In this document: positions 51,661-62,620 of the stretch, one piece after another
How the letters are laid out: each line of letters opens with the position of its first letter
How positions within the stretch are numbered: position 1 is the stretch's first letter
Assembly (NCBI GenBank): GCA_030390025.1
Contig: CM059438.1
Location: forward strand, 62,684,001 to 62,748,000
DNA from: Squalus acanthias
Lineage: Eukaryota
Length of the DNA stretch: 64,000 nucleotides
Direction: 5' to 3'
The notes under the pieces: model-generated
Seen by the model: the letters and a program-made list of their open reading frames with translations, nothing else
The model's database searches: none
What the model was told of the DNA's origin: nothing
Made by a program: the position numbers and the translations under genes

Positions 51661-52020
51661 AAAGGGGTAGAAATTAGGTCGCGCCCCATTTGGGGCGCAA
51701 ATATCGTCCGTGCGCAAATATTAGCGCCTGGCGCTAATTATCGGCACTGACAGGAAACTTCACTTTTACCGCCCCGGGAGGTGAGTGGAGCGCTAAATTA
51801 GGCGCTGCACACCTCTCTTAAGGCGCAAAGGCCTAGGAGTGAGGCGCTAACTCAGCGCACGAGCGCAGCGCAGCTGCTGCCAGTTAGCGATGGAACACAG
51901 ACACACTGGCGCCGGACACTTCTTAAAGCGGGGGGGGCCACTTGCTCCCCAGCCACACCCTGCTCATTGCAGCCTTGAATCTCAGCCTGGAGAGACCTGT
52001 AATCCATTTTGCTGCCAAGC

Positions 52021-54092
52021 ATGGAGAGGGTGAGAGAACGCGCTCATCGCTTCACCGAGCGGGCCTTGGATGCTCTGGTTGACGCAGTGGAGCGCAGACG
52101 ATGCATGCTGTTCCCAGAGAGTGGCAGGAGGCCTTTGCCACGCGAGTTCAGAAGAGTGTGGAGGGAGGTGGCTCAGAGCGTCTCCTCCAGGAGCATGGTG
52201 CCCAGGACCCATGTCCAGTGCCGCAAAAAGTTCAACGACCTCACTCGGGTCGTCAGGGTGAGTGGCTTTTTCTCAATACCTCTCCATCCCTCCATCTCAA
52301 CCTCACTCTATGGCCAGAGGGTCTTAAAACCCCAATGCACAACACTCATCCAACACCTATGGCCCTTTCATGAAACACACACACACATTCCACACTTTGC
52401 ATACAGTAATGGCTATTCACCTATGGGAGGCACATCAGGCAAGACCATGGCTGCATACAGTAAGGGCTATTCACCTATGGGAGGCACATCAGGCAAGACC
52501 ATGGCTGCATATTGTAAGGGCTATTCACCTATGGGAGGCACATCAGGCAAGACCATGGCTGCATACAGTAAGGGCTATTCACCTATGGGAGGCACATCAG
52601 GCAAGACCATGGCTGCATATTGTAAGGGCTATTCACCTATGGGAGGCACATCAGGCAAGACCATGGCTGTATATTGACTCAGATGCTGTCCTTTTTCTTG
52701 CAGGCTAAGCTGGCTCATAATCGGAGACAGCAGCAACGGACGGGTGGAGGGCGGCTTCAGCTGCAACCCCTCAGCGATCTGGAGGAGCGCGTCCACAGGA
52801 TTGTGGCAAGCCGGGTGATCGGTCCCGTCGCCACTGGAGACGCCGACCCCATTGTGGACAGCAATGGTAAGGTCATCACCTTTTTGTCCTCTGTCCTTCC
52901 ACTTGTCCCTCACAATACCAGCCTTTGACACTTTCAATCCAACTTGCTAACTCGCTGCACTTATTCCTCCCTTACTGCCACCCTGTCCTCACGCTAAAGC
53001 CACTCTTGTACCTCCCTGCTTTCAGATGGTGATTCACCAGCTGAGGAGATGGTCCCTGAAGCTGCCACTGGGAGTGATGCTGCAGCTGAGGAGGAAGAGG
53101 AAGCCGGAGCATCAGTGCCACCCTCTCCCGAGGAAGCCCATGGCCACACTGGGAACACGCCTTCCCCGGAGGGGAGCAGGGGGGAAGGGGCTGATGATGG
53201 TGAAGTTCCAGGACCCAGCGGGCTGCAGCAACGCCATGGGGGGGGGAGGGAAGAACGGGGGAGCAGGGGGGAAGGGGCTGATGATGGTGAAGTTCCAGGA
53301 CCCAGCGGGCTGCAGCAACGCCATGGGGGGGGGAGGGAAGAACGGGAGCCTTCTCCCCAGAGGGAGAGTATGCCAGACACTCCTAATGCAATGGACGCAG
53401 AGGAGGAGCGGCTGATTGCAGAAATGAACAGCCAGGCGGTGGTCATGCACACTGAGCTCATGGGTGCAGTGGGAAGGGTGCCCGAATGCATTGAGGCACT
53501 GGCAAGGAGTGTGGAGCACTTCGCTGTAGCACAGGCGGATGCCACACTAAAGCTTACTGCTGCAATTCAGTCACTGGCTGCCAGGAACCCATCTGAGCCT
53601 GCTCTCATGCAGACTCAGATTGAGGCCACGCGAGCACTGACTGCTGCCATCCTCGATGGTTCGTGCACATGTCCCCGGGGCTGTCACCGCGCCGCAGCAG
53701 GCCAGCAATCTGTTCTCAGGCAAATTGCTCCGGATGCTGAAGTGCTGCCCCGTGGGAGTGCCAGTGTGTCGGGCGAGCAGGGAGTTGCTGTCCTCTCTCA
53801 CGATGACAGCATTCCTGCTGCCAACACTGTCACTTCTCCACTGCACTTGCCACCGCCTGTAGGACAGACTGCTGCCGCCCATGCAGAGTTGGTGCAGTCT
53901 GCAGCCGGGCCCTCCAGGCCCAGAAGTGGTCGAGGCCGTCCTTCAGGGGCATCTGCAGTGTCAGGGTCTGACAAGCAGCAGCCTTCCACCAGCCTTGCTG
54001 CAGCCACTGAGGTCCCATTACGGAGGAGCAGTAGGGTTAGAAGGGGGGAAGTGCGCAAGGGAAGGAGATCACCCTCGAAGGGCAAAAAGTAG
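52021..54092 (+). CDS. Harbinger Myb/SANT-like DNA-binding protein; predicted exons 52021-52257, 52704-52866, 53026-54092 (488 aa)
   Basis: MERVRERAHRFTERALDALVDAVE...WREVAQSV...RTHVQCRKKFNDLTR; GT-AG sites with matching phases (0, 1) give one open frame through AKLAHNRR..RTGGG to a basic C-terminus. Confidence 0.85.
52398..52676. repeat. 54-bp tandem repeat, about 5 copies, in predicted intron 1 of the Myb-like gene
   Basis: ggctattcacctatgggaggcacatcaggcaagaccatggctgcata... starting at 52411, 52465, 52519, 52573 and 52627. Confidence 0.95.
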
Positions 54093-54386
54093 GAGGTGTG
54101 CCAAAATGCTGGTCATTTTTTTATTAAAGGCCGAGGTTCATGGCCCAACTTTTGTTTAGTGTTTTGGACATTATCTCCAGGTTGTGAGAACCAGTTATGT
54201 TATTGACTGTTTTTTTGTGTTTATTTCTATGAGTTTGTCATGAGGAATTGACACACACAGAGTTTGTACAATAAATAAGTTTCTGTATTCAAAATATACA
54301 TGGCTGGTGGTTGGAATTATTGGTGCCTTGGCCGGCTTAGGGGTTGCGTGCTGGGTTGATTCGTGTTTGTAGCACTGGCAGGGGTC

Positions 54387-55547
54387 CTAGAAGCGGCTTG
54401 CTATTAGTCGTTGACGGACGGCCCTTGCAGTTTGACCATTGTGGGCCGCCCTCCTGCCTTGGTGCTGCTGCTGATCATCGTCCTCGGCCTGTTCCTCCTC
54501 TTCCTCCTCCTCCTCTTGTGGTGCTGCAAGGCCTGGTGGCATTGGCTGCGTCCTGAGGATTGCCATGTTGTGCAACATGCAGCACACCACTACGAATTTG
54601 GAAACTTGCTCAGGCGAGTACTGCAGGGCTCCTCCGGAATGGTCCAGACAGCGGAATCGTTGTTTGAGCACGCCGATTGTGCGCTCAATAATGTTCCTCG
54701 TTGCTTGTTGGCTTTCCTGGTACCGCAGCTCAGCAGGGGTGTTTGGCGCACGGAGCGGTGTCATCAGTCAGGTGCTCAATGCGTACCCCTTGTCCCCCAG
54801 AAGCCAACCAACTGGCTGATGCGGTGCCTCGAAAATTTCTGCCACAGTACTCTGGCACAGGATGAAAGCATCGTGGCAGCTGCCCGGATAGTGGGCATTG
54901 ACAGCGAGAATCACCTGTCTGTGGTCACAGACCAACTGCACATTCAAGGAATGGAACCCCTTTCTGTTCCGGAACTCCTCTGCATTCTCTCGCGGAGCAC
55001 GCAAAGCCACATGCGTGCAGTCAATGGCGCCCTGCACCATGGGGAAGCCCGCTACCCTCGCAAAGCCCATAGCACGGTCATGCTGCTTGTCTGGGGTCAT
55101 AGGGAAGGAGATGAAGTCTCGTCTCCTTGTGAAGAGGGCATTGGTGACCTGCCGGATGCAGCGATGCACCGCAAACTGGGAGATATTGGCGAGGTCCCCA
55201 ACAGCAGCTTGGAATGAGCCAGTGGCGTAGAAGTTCAAGGCCACTGTGACCTTCACTGCCACCGACAGAGACGTCCTGGACCTCAGCTGAGGCTGCAGAT
55301 CTGGCTGCAGCAGGTGGCAGAGCTCAGTGACCACCTCCTTGCTGAATCGCAGCCTTCGCAAACACAGCTCCTCGGACATGTGGATGTAGGAGAGCTGTTC
55401 ACGATATACCCTGGGAGGGTAAGCTCTCCTGTACATGCGCCTGATGGGCCTCCTCCGTCTGGCCATCATTGCCACTCTCTGTCTGCGTCTCACTCTGCTC
55501 CGATTGAGCTGGAGCAGGACGACGCCCCCAATCATTGCAGCCCCCAT
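54387..55547 (-). pseudogene. Harbinger (HARBI1-like) DDE transposase, 386 codons with one premature TGA
   Basis: GAIDCTHV, NRKGFHSLNVQLVCD, PGSCHDA, LLGDKGY, IERTIGVLKQRFRCL, CCMLHN; TGA at 54768-54770 falls at the W of the usual WLMTP motif and the frame continues. Confidence 0.92.
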
Positions 55548-55744
55548 CTTCTCTTTGCCAGAAAAGTAATGAGGTACAGCAACGAAAGTAGCAGCAAAGT
55601 TAGGATGAACTAGGCAAAACTACCTCACAAAGCGTTGAGTCAATGTAGAAGTCTCTCTCTCTCTCTCTCTCCGAATCTCTCTCTCTCTCTCAGAACGAGT
55701 GGTGCATAAATGTCGACCACAGAAAAAGACAGGAAGAGGCCCCC

Positions 55745-55889
55745 TTTAAATAGCGCCCCCCCCAGCCCCAGACCGATTGATAACGTTCCAGTCTTCCGGT
55801 CGTTGGAAGCGCCAGGCGGTAAGGCAGGGGGCGCCACTCAATTTCCGCTCCGGGGCGCCCCAAGGGCGTTGCACCACGGACTGACGTCA
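55745..55889 (-). promoter_or_regulatory. Putative transposase promoter
   Basis: TGACGTCA (CRE) at 55882-55889 and TATTTAAA at 55752-55745 upstream of the transposase ATG; both retained in the two 893-bp derivatives. Confidence 0.5.
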
Positions 55890-56248
55890 CAATCTGCGCG
55901 CGCAGGTGGTCGCAGCGGTAAGTTTTAGCGCCGCCGCACAATCTCAAGTTAAGTTCTCGAGCGGCGCAAACAGCGCTGCGCCCGGGCGTTAGCGCCTTAA
56001 CGCCCCATTAGCGCCCATTTAAGGCGCTAACGGGAGGCGCAACCAACTGAATTTTTACCCCAAAGCCTTCAGGCTTGTTTTTTTAACGCTCTCCGAACTA
56101 TATGAATTATTATTTACTGTGACCATGTTTGATTTAAACCGTTGAGTTCTTTGCCTTCTACTTTTGTTTTTCTCCTTCCTGTCTTTTGCTTTTACCCTTG
56201 TTTCCCTTTCCTCTGTCTCCCTGCTCAGGTTCCCAACCCCCTGCCACT

Positions 56249-56896
56249 TTAGTTTAAACCCTCCCCAACAGCACTAGCAAACACTCCCCCTAGGACATCG
56301 GTCCCGGCCCTGTCCAGGTGCAGACCATCCCGTTTGTACTGGTCCCACCTCCCCCAGAACCGGTTCCAATGTCCAAGGAATTTGAATCCCTCCCCCTTGC
56401 ACCATTCCTCTAGCCACATATTCATTTGAAATATCCTCCTATTTCTACTCTGACTAGCACGTGGCACTGGTAGCAATCCTGAGATTACTACCTTTGAGGT
56501 CCTATTTTTTAATTTACCTCCTAACTCCCTATATTCTGCTTTTAGGACCTCATCCCATTTTTTACCTATATCGTTGATGCCTATGTGCACCACGACAACT
56601 GGCTGTTCGCCCTCCCCCTCCAAAATGTTCTGTAGCCGCTCCGAGACATCCTTGACCCTTGCACCAGGGAGGCAACACACCATCCTGGAGTCTCGTTTGC
56701 GGCCGCAGAAACGCCTATCTATTCCCCTTACAATTGAGTCCCCTATCACTATAGCTCTTCCACAATTTTTCCTCCCAGCCTGTGCAGCAGAGCCACCCAT
56801 GGTGCCAGGAAGTTGGCTGCTGCTGCCTTCCCCTGATAAGTCATACCCCCCAACAGTATCCAAAGTGGTATATCTGTTTGAGAGGGGGATGACCAC
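56249..56896 (-). CDS. CR1 ORF1, SGNH/GDSL esterase domain (probably 5'-truncated)
   Basis: IGDSIVR, LPGA, HIGINDIG, RDGLHL blocks; located directly upstream of ORF2. Confidence 0.88.
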   Translation of the reverse strand: MVIPLSNRYTTLDTVGGYDLSGEGSSSQLPGTMGGSAAQAGRKNCGRAIVIGDSIVRGIDRRFCGRKRDSRMVCCLPGARVKDVSERLQNILEGEGEQPVVVVHIGINDIGKKWDEVLKAEYRELGGKLKNRTSKVVISGLLPVPRASQSRNRRIFQMNMWLEEWCKGEGFKFLGHWNRFWGRWDQYKRDGLHLDRAGTDVLGGVFASAVGEGLN

Positions 56897-58575
56897 AGGG
56901 ACCCTTGCACTACCTGATGAGCAGTCTCATTCTTAGAGATCTCAACCAGGGTTGCAAGCTGGGGTGGACTGGCACCCCCGAAAGGGCACAGGATTCCTCT
57001 GGATTCCCACGGGAAAGTGGGAGTGGGCCTCGATAATTCAGTGCTATGGAACCATTCACGGGGCCAACTCAGGAAATCTCCCGATTTCCCACGTGACCTG
57101 TCCGCCCCTGATTGTATGCATTTCCTGACATTGGTGAGCTGCAAACAGAGCCATTTGCCAGCTTCTATGCTCATGGTTATTCCTCAGTGCCCAGTCTTCA
57201 GTTACTTCTCTCTCTCTCTGATGGCTTGTGGTCTTCTGATCAGCCATGATCTTATTGAATGGCAGAGCAGGCTCGAGGGGCCGAGTGGCCTACTCCTGCT
57301 CCTAATTCGTGTGTTCGTATGACCTGTTCCCTGTCCCCGTAAAAGGCTCAGGGTCATGTGATGCTTTTTTTTGGGAAGGATTCAGCTTTTGATGAATGAA
57401 AAGCTAAAATTGATCTTTGTAAAAAGTCCCACTCTACAAACTGGGCTCAGTGTTGCCCTGAACATTTATTATTGGCAAATGTTCATTAATTAACTAACTA
57501 TTTATGGGAGGTACAGAAATATTTTGTGTGGAAAACTACGTAGGCCGGGCTTTTTAACGTGACTTATACTTTGCCATAAAAATGCATTCAAAGAAACAGA
57601 AAATACAGACAGGGTCTCAGCGAGGATAATTCTTTTTCAAAACGCTCAAAAAATTACAACTAAAAGACCAGAAGAATGACTTTGCTTCCTGCTGCGCCTG
57701 AAAAATCTGCTCGTAATGTTGAGAGAACCTCCTCTCCCCCCCCCTCCCCCGAACAAGCGCAATTGGAGGATTCTCACATTTGAGAGTTGTTGTGAGTGCG
57801 GTCAGTGTTGAGCGCGGACAATCGTTCTGGCAGAGGGTTTGATGGATGGACACAATCGAGCGAGGAGACTTGGCCGTATTGCAGTTACGTGTGATCTATA
57901 ATGCCACGTAAGCTGTTTGCTCCCAGATATGGGCGTATCTGGCCACGAATACAGAGGAAAACCCCAATATAGATGTGCAGTGCTGATATCTCTCAGTTAG
58001 CATCCTGTAAAACAATTACATTTTGTGAAGTAGGTTTCCGATATTTAATTAGACTTATGCGTAAAGTGTTTACGGGTTTTCTTTTCCCCCAAGGAGAAAT
58101 GAACACTTGAGAATTCCTAGAAGTGTTGTCCCTGCCTCTGATAAGGCTAAAAGCAGAAGTGTTCATTCCAAAGTTGCTGACAACTTCACAATCTGTTCTG
58201 ACCAACTAGGTTCATCTGCGTGTTGTAGTGGAAACAAGTGGAATTAACAATGCAAGATCATGAATTTTATTTGCTAAGTTAAGAAGCATTGTTGTTGCGA
58301 AGGGTAATTAACTCAATAGGGAGAGTCTCCTTGGTCCCTGAATTTACTCTTAAGCTTGCTGAGAGTGCGTTAAATGGGAATTAATTGCCAGGTTTCTTTA
58401 AGTGCAACTTGACTCAATGTGCTCTTGTTGAAGTCTGATCCATCAATAGTAACATGGAATAGAGCATGCATCTCACCACAGCTGTTTAGATACTCTTTAA
58501 CCAGCACAGTTTGGCACATTGGGCTACAAATAACACACAGTGAGTAAACACAGCTGTCAAATGAGCAGACCAATG

Positions 58576-58956
58576 AAAGAAAAGAAAGACTATATATATT
58601 GCCCTTCATGATCTCAGGACGTCCCAAAGCGCTTTACAGCCAATGAAGTATTTTTTTGAAGGGTTGTCACTGGTGTAATCTGTTTTAGTGATGTTGGTTG
58701 AGGGATAAATATTGGCCTGGACACCAAGGAGAACTCACCTGCTCTTCTTCAAAATAGTGCCATGGGATCTTTTATGTGCACCTGAGAGTGCAGACGGGGC
58801 CTCGGTTGAGCATCGCATCTGAAAGGCGGCACCTCCGACAGTGCAGCACTCCCTCAGCACTGCACTGCAGTGTCAGCCTAGATTTATGTGCTCAAGTCTC
58901 TAGAGTGGGACTTGAACCCACAACCTTCTGATTCGAAATGCTACCACTGAGCCACA
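58576..58956 (-). mobile_element. Deu-domain SINE
   Basis: tRNA head, Deu-like core and tail as in the other copies, with an internal deletion. Confidence 0.82.
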
Positions 58957-58969
58957 GATGGCAGCTAAA

Positions 58970-59210
58970 TGGAGATGATCAAGGTGCAGAAGGCCAGGTT
59001 TACTGGTAACGCCTTATGGATTATAATTCATGGTGTGAAGGAGAAAAGAATTCTGTTTACAGGTCCAAAGGTCATCCAACAAATAAGCAGTGGGTCCACC
59101 AGACATGGGAGTCAATTACTTCCAGTGTCAACATAGGTGTTGCACATGGGAAGATATAAGGAAGACAATGTCTGATTTAAAACAGTCAAAGAATGTGAAA
59201 AGGAAAACTG
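58970..59210 (+). pseudogene. Decayed Myb/SANT-like (Harbinger ORF) remnant
   Basis: KARFTGNALWIIIHGVKEKRILF / TNKQWVHQTWESITSSVN / TWEDIRKTMSDLK across frameshifts parallels RFTERAL...LF...WREVAQSV...THVQCRKKFNDL. Confidence 0.6.
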
Positions 59211-59875
59211 ATCATTATCTTACACCACTATACATGGGTGTGAGTCACAAGTGTATTGCATTAGCAATATATAGGACTGATTTGCAATGATCTCATATAA
59301 CCATACATGGACATTGCACATATTTATCTTACATTGATGCCAATAACAAACCAAGGAAGTTGTGGGCGTCGATGACTAATTTCACAAACAGTATTACTCA
59401 CCCAACTTTACACTTGAATTAATGGAAGTGCAGCATGAAAGAGAGATAATGAGGACCTTGCATAAGATAAATACAGGCTATGAAAAATACATGTCAAGTT
59501 GTAGCTGAGCCAGTTTTTCTTCAACTACCTGAGAGTGCCTCTGATTCATGTCTGCAGCTGGAGAGGTATTTCACTTAGTGCCTAATGGTATGTGGTGCAG
59601 TCTTCCCTTCTCTCTAAGATTTCATCCCATCCAATGCATACCGCTCTTTTCTTTGTAGAAAAAGGTGGCTTTCAATCGGTGAAAACAGAGGTCAAATGGT
59701 GGAGGGTCAATTCCCCTGACCCCTCATGAGGATGCCAGAACGAATCTGGTCATCTAGGGGACAGTATGTGACCTGGGTGATGCAGGAGTTTGTGTGGACT
59801 TTAATGTTCCTGATTTGTGCTACGACAATCACATGATTTGAGTGACTGCCACTTGAATTACGTTAAAAGCAATTT

Positions 59876-60636
59876 GGGCCAGAAATTCGGCTCTCCGGCT
59901 TCCCGCGGGTGCAAGCATCGCGCGCGTACTTACATACCACGCCTGCTGTTGTGCTTCGGGCCCGCGTGGAATTCGGCTCCTGGGCCTCCTGCAGCTGCCG
60001 GCGCGCAGTGCTTGCGTATCCCAGGGGCGCAGTTAGTTCGAAGCGTCCCCTGGGATCACGTGGGCCATGGAGAGCCAATCGGAGCAGGGAATCTTCATTC
60101 ATAGATTGACAGGAAGACCTGTCAAATCTATGAATAGAGATCAGCCCCAAAACCTCACTAAAACTTCAAATAAATAAAAAAAAATCACATTTTAAAAATA
60201 ACTATAAATTACATAAATTAACTACCTTAAACAAAAATTTAAATTTTTGAAAAAATTAATTACACTTTTTAACGGTGCTAAAAATAAACTTACCTTTCTT
60301 TAAAGTATGTAAATAAGATAAACCTTTTGAAAAAATGTTTAAATTGTACTTAATTCACCACTTACCTTGTTAAAAGCAGGCTTTGCGCCTCCTTTTTCCC
60401 CTGCGCAGCTTCTCCGTACTTACCCTCACGGAGAAACCTGAAAACAAACCCGAAGTTCGCTGCGTGCGCGCTGCCTCTCCGGTGCACGCGTTCGACCTCT
60501 GAACCCCTTCTTTCAGGGGAACGGAAGTTCCGGTTTCCAGCGCATGCGCAGTGCATGCGCGAAACCGGCACTTTCGTTGAGTCTACAGGTGAGTACACAG
60601 CGCGTACTCACCTGTGGAGACCCAAATTTCTGGCCC
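59876..60636 (-). mobile_element. MITE family M1 copy 5
   Basis: TIR GGGCCAGAAATT / AATTTCTGGCCC; flanks TTT/ATT. Confidence 0.9.
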
Positions 60637-60708
60637 ATTGTTTCAGCCCTTTCCTCCATGCAAACATCGCATATGCTGTTATGGCAACAACGAAATGTTA
60701 ATCACCAT

Positions 60709-61601
60709 GGGGGAGAAATTCAGTATCGCCCCATTTGGGGCGCAATTATCGGCCGGGCGCAAAGATTAGCGCCTGGCGCTAATTATCGCCACCGACTGCA
60801 AACTTGACTTTTATCGCCCCTGGAGGTGATTGGAGCGCTAAATCAGGCGCTTCACACCTGTCTTAAGGCGCAAAGGCCGAGAAGCGAGGCGCTACCTCAG
60901 AGCGCTGGCAAAGCTCATGTGATGTCAGTCAGCAATGGAACACACACACAATGACACGGGCCAGTTCTTAAAGGGGATGGTTGATCTTGCTTTCCATCCA
61001 CATCCTGCTCATTGCAGCCTTGAATCTCGGCCTGGAGAGACCTGCACATCAAATCTGCTGTAAAGAAAAATGGAGAGTACCAGGGAAAGAGCTCAGAGTG
61101 CAGCCCCCACAGACTCTTCTAAATCGATACAAGGAATGGCAGATCAAAATGAACCTGCAAAGTGCTGCTCAGTACCCAAAACTCCTTCACACAGCGTTGA
61201 ATCTCTCCAGAAGTCTCTCTCCCTCTCTCTCAGAATGCGTGGTTCAAAAATGGCACCAACAATAAAAGGCAGGAAGCGGTCGCCTTTAAATAGCGCTCCC
61301 CCAGTCCCTTCATGACTGCAAAACGCTCCCCTCAACCTGTCGTTGCTAGCGTCAAGCGGTAAGGCAGGGGGCACCACTCAATATCCGCTCCGGGGCGATA
61401 CCGGGGCGTTGCGCACTCGACTGACGTCACGATCTGCCGGCGCAGGAGATCGTGGCGGTAGTGTTTAGCACCGCCGCAAAATGTCTAGTTAATTTCGCGA
61501 GCGGCGCACACAGCGCCGCGCCTGGGCGCTAGATGATTTGCGCCCCATAATAGCCCTCTTAAGGCGCTAACAGGAGGCGCAACCAACTGAATTTTCCCCC
61601 C
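60709..61601 (+). mobile_element. Non-autonomous Harbinger derivative (893 bp), copy 2
   Basis: TIR GGGGGAGAAATT / AATTTTCCCCCC; TSD CAT; colinear with 16221-17113. Confidence 0.9.
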
Positions 61602-61779
61602 CATGTTTATTAAGGAAGATCAATGCGGTCAACCTGGCCCTTCTGCAATCTTCACTGGACGCTGTTTCACCCAACTCAAAGAGTGTCCACGGCTATTTTA
61701 GACCATTGTTCCATGGTTTCCGCCAAAGTTACACCAAATAGTTAGGGAACCCCTCCGGCAATTCTACCCCAACATGTCC

Positions 61780-62620
61780 AACCAGTGCAGGGTGGGCAGC
61801 AATCAACAACACCAGTATAATGTTGAACCATACAGTCAAAACAATAAAACCTAACTCAGAGGAAGTCCTGGTGAAACTGTACTGCGCTCTGGTCTGGCCA
61901 ATCCTCGAGTACTGTGCTCAGTTCTGGTCACCGAGTAACAAGGGAGATATTCAGATGCTGGAGGGAAGACCGTTGAGGCTGATCCCTCGTGTCAAAGGTC
62001 TGAGTTATGAGGAATAACTGAAGAAGCCTGGGCTTTTCGAACTAGAAAGGAGGTATCTAACAGGTGATCTTATATGGTATATAAGATCGTTAACAGAATG
62101 GAAAAGGTAAATCCGGAATATTATTTTAAATTAAACTGTGAAAGTAGGACAAGTGGATACAGGTTGAAACTAATAAAAGGTAAACTTAAGATTGATATCA
62201 GCAAGTTCTTCTTCACACCAAGAATGATCAGCACATGGAATGGATGCCAGGTAGAATAGCAGAGGGAAAGAACTCTGGAATAATTTAGGCAAGGGTGGTA
62301 GAGGTTTGGAACTCTCTTCTGCAAACGACAATTGATGCTAGGTCATTTGTCAATTGTTAATTTTAAACCTGAGATTGATAGATTTCTGTTAACCAAAGGT
62401 ATTAAGGGATATGGGGCAAAGGCGGGTATATGGAGTTAGGTCATACATCAGCCATGATCTCATTGAATAGCAGAACAGACTCGAGGGGCTCAATGGCCTA
62501 CTCCTGTTCCTATGTGCCTATGAAACAATTAGATACTGCAGTGGGAAGACCTTAGAGTCCTTCTGGACGGATGAATTAAGATGGTTTCCCTGATCCATCA
62601 ATATCTTGTAATCTTGTGAA
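61780..62620 (+). mobile_element. Old CR1 3' fragment with a second CR1 3' end nested at about 62290-62522
   Basis: LYCALVWPILEYCAQFWSP, FFFTPRMISTWN; nested 3' UTR cagccatgatctcattgaat...cctactcctgttcctatg. Confidence 0.75.

Larger units (their letters stand above)
51664..56061. mobile_element. PIF/Harbinger DNA transposon, autonomous-type (4398 bp)
   Basis: TIR GGGGTAGAAATT / AATTTTTACCCC; 3-bp TSD AAA (51661-51663 / 56062-56064); two convergent genes, Myb-like and DDE transposase. Confidence 0.96.
48756..56907 (-). mobile_element. Near full-length CR1 LINE interrupted by a Harbinger transposon
   Basis: (tttctatg)n tail at 48756, ORF2 and esterase ORF1; excising 51664-56061 plus one TSD restores SLKALCLNARSI. 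Confidence 0.95.

Noticed and set aside
52009..52677. 222-aa ORF with YSPMGGTSGKTMAAY repeats as the Myb protein C-terminus
   Set aside because: The repeats lie past a consensus GTGAGT donor in predicted intron 1; the spliced product restores the expected continuation.
54768..54770. Programmed readthrough or selenocysteine at the in-frame TGA
   Set aside because: The position corresponds to a Trp codon (TGG to TGA is one transition) and I saw no supporting element; simple inactivation is more parsimonious.
54411..55217. 268-aa plus-strand ORF with hydrophobic N-terminus
   Set aside because: Antisense shadow of the transposase; the Leu run mirrors the GAG/GAA acidic tract.
54387..55547. Domesticated host gene HARBI1 (and NAIF1 for the Myb-like gene)
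   Set aside because: Both genes sit inside TIRs with a TSD, inserted in a CR1, and the transposase has a nonsense codon; this is a transposon copy.
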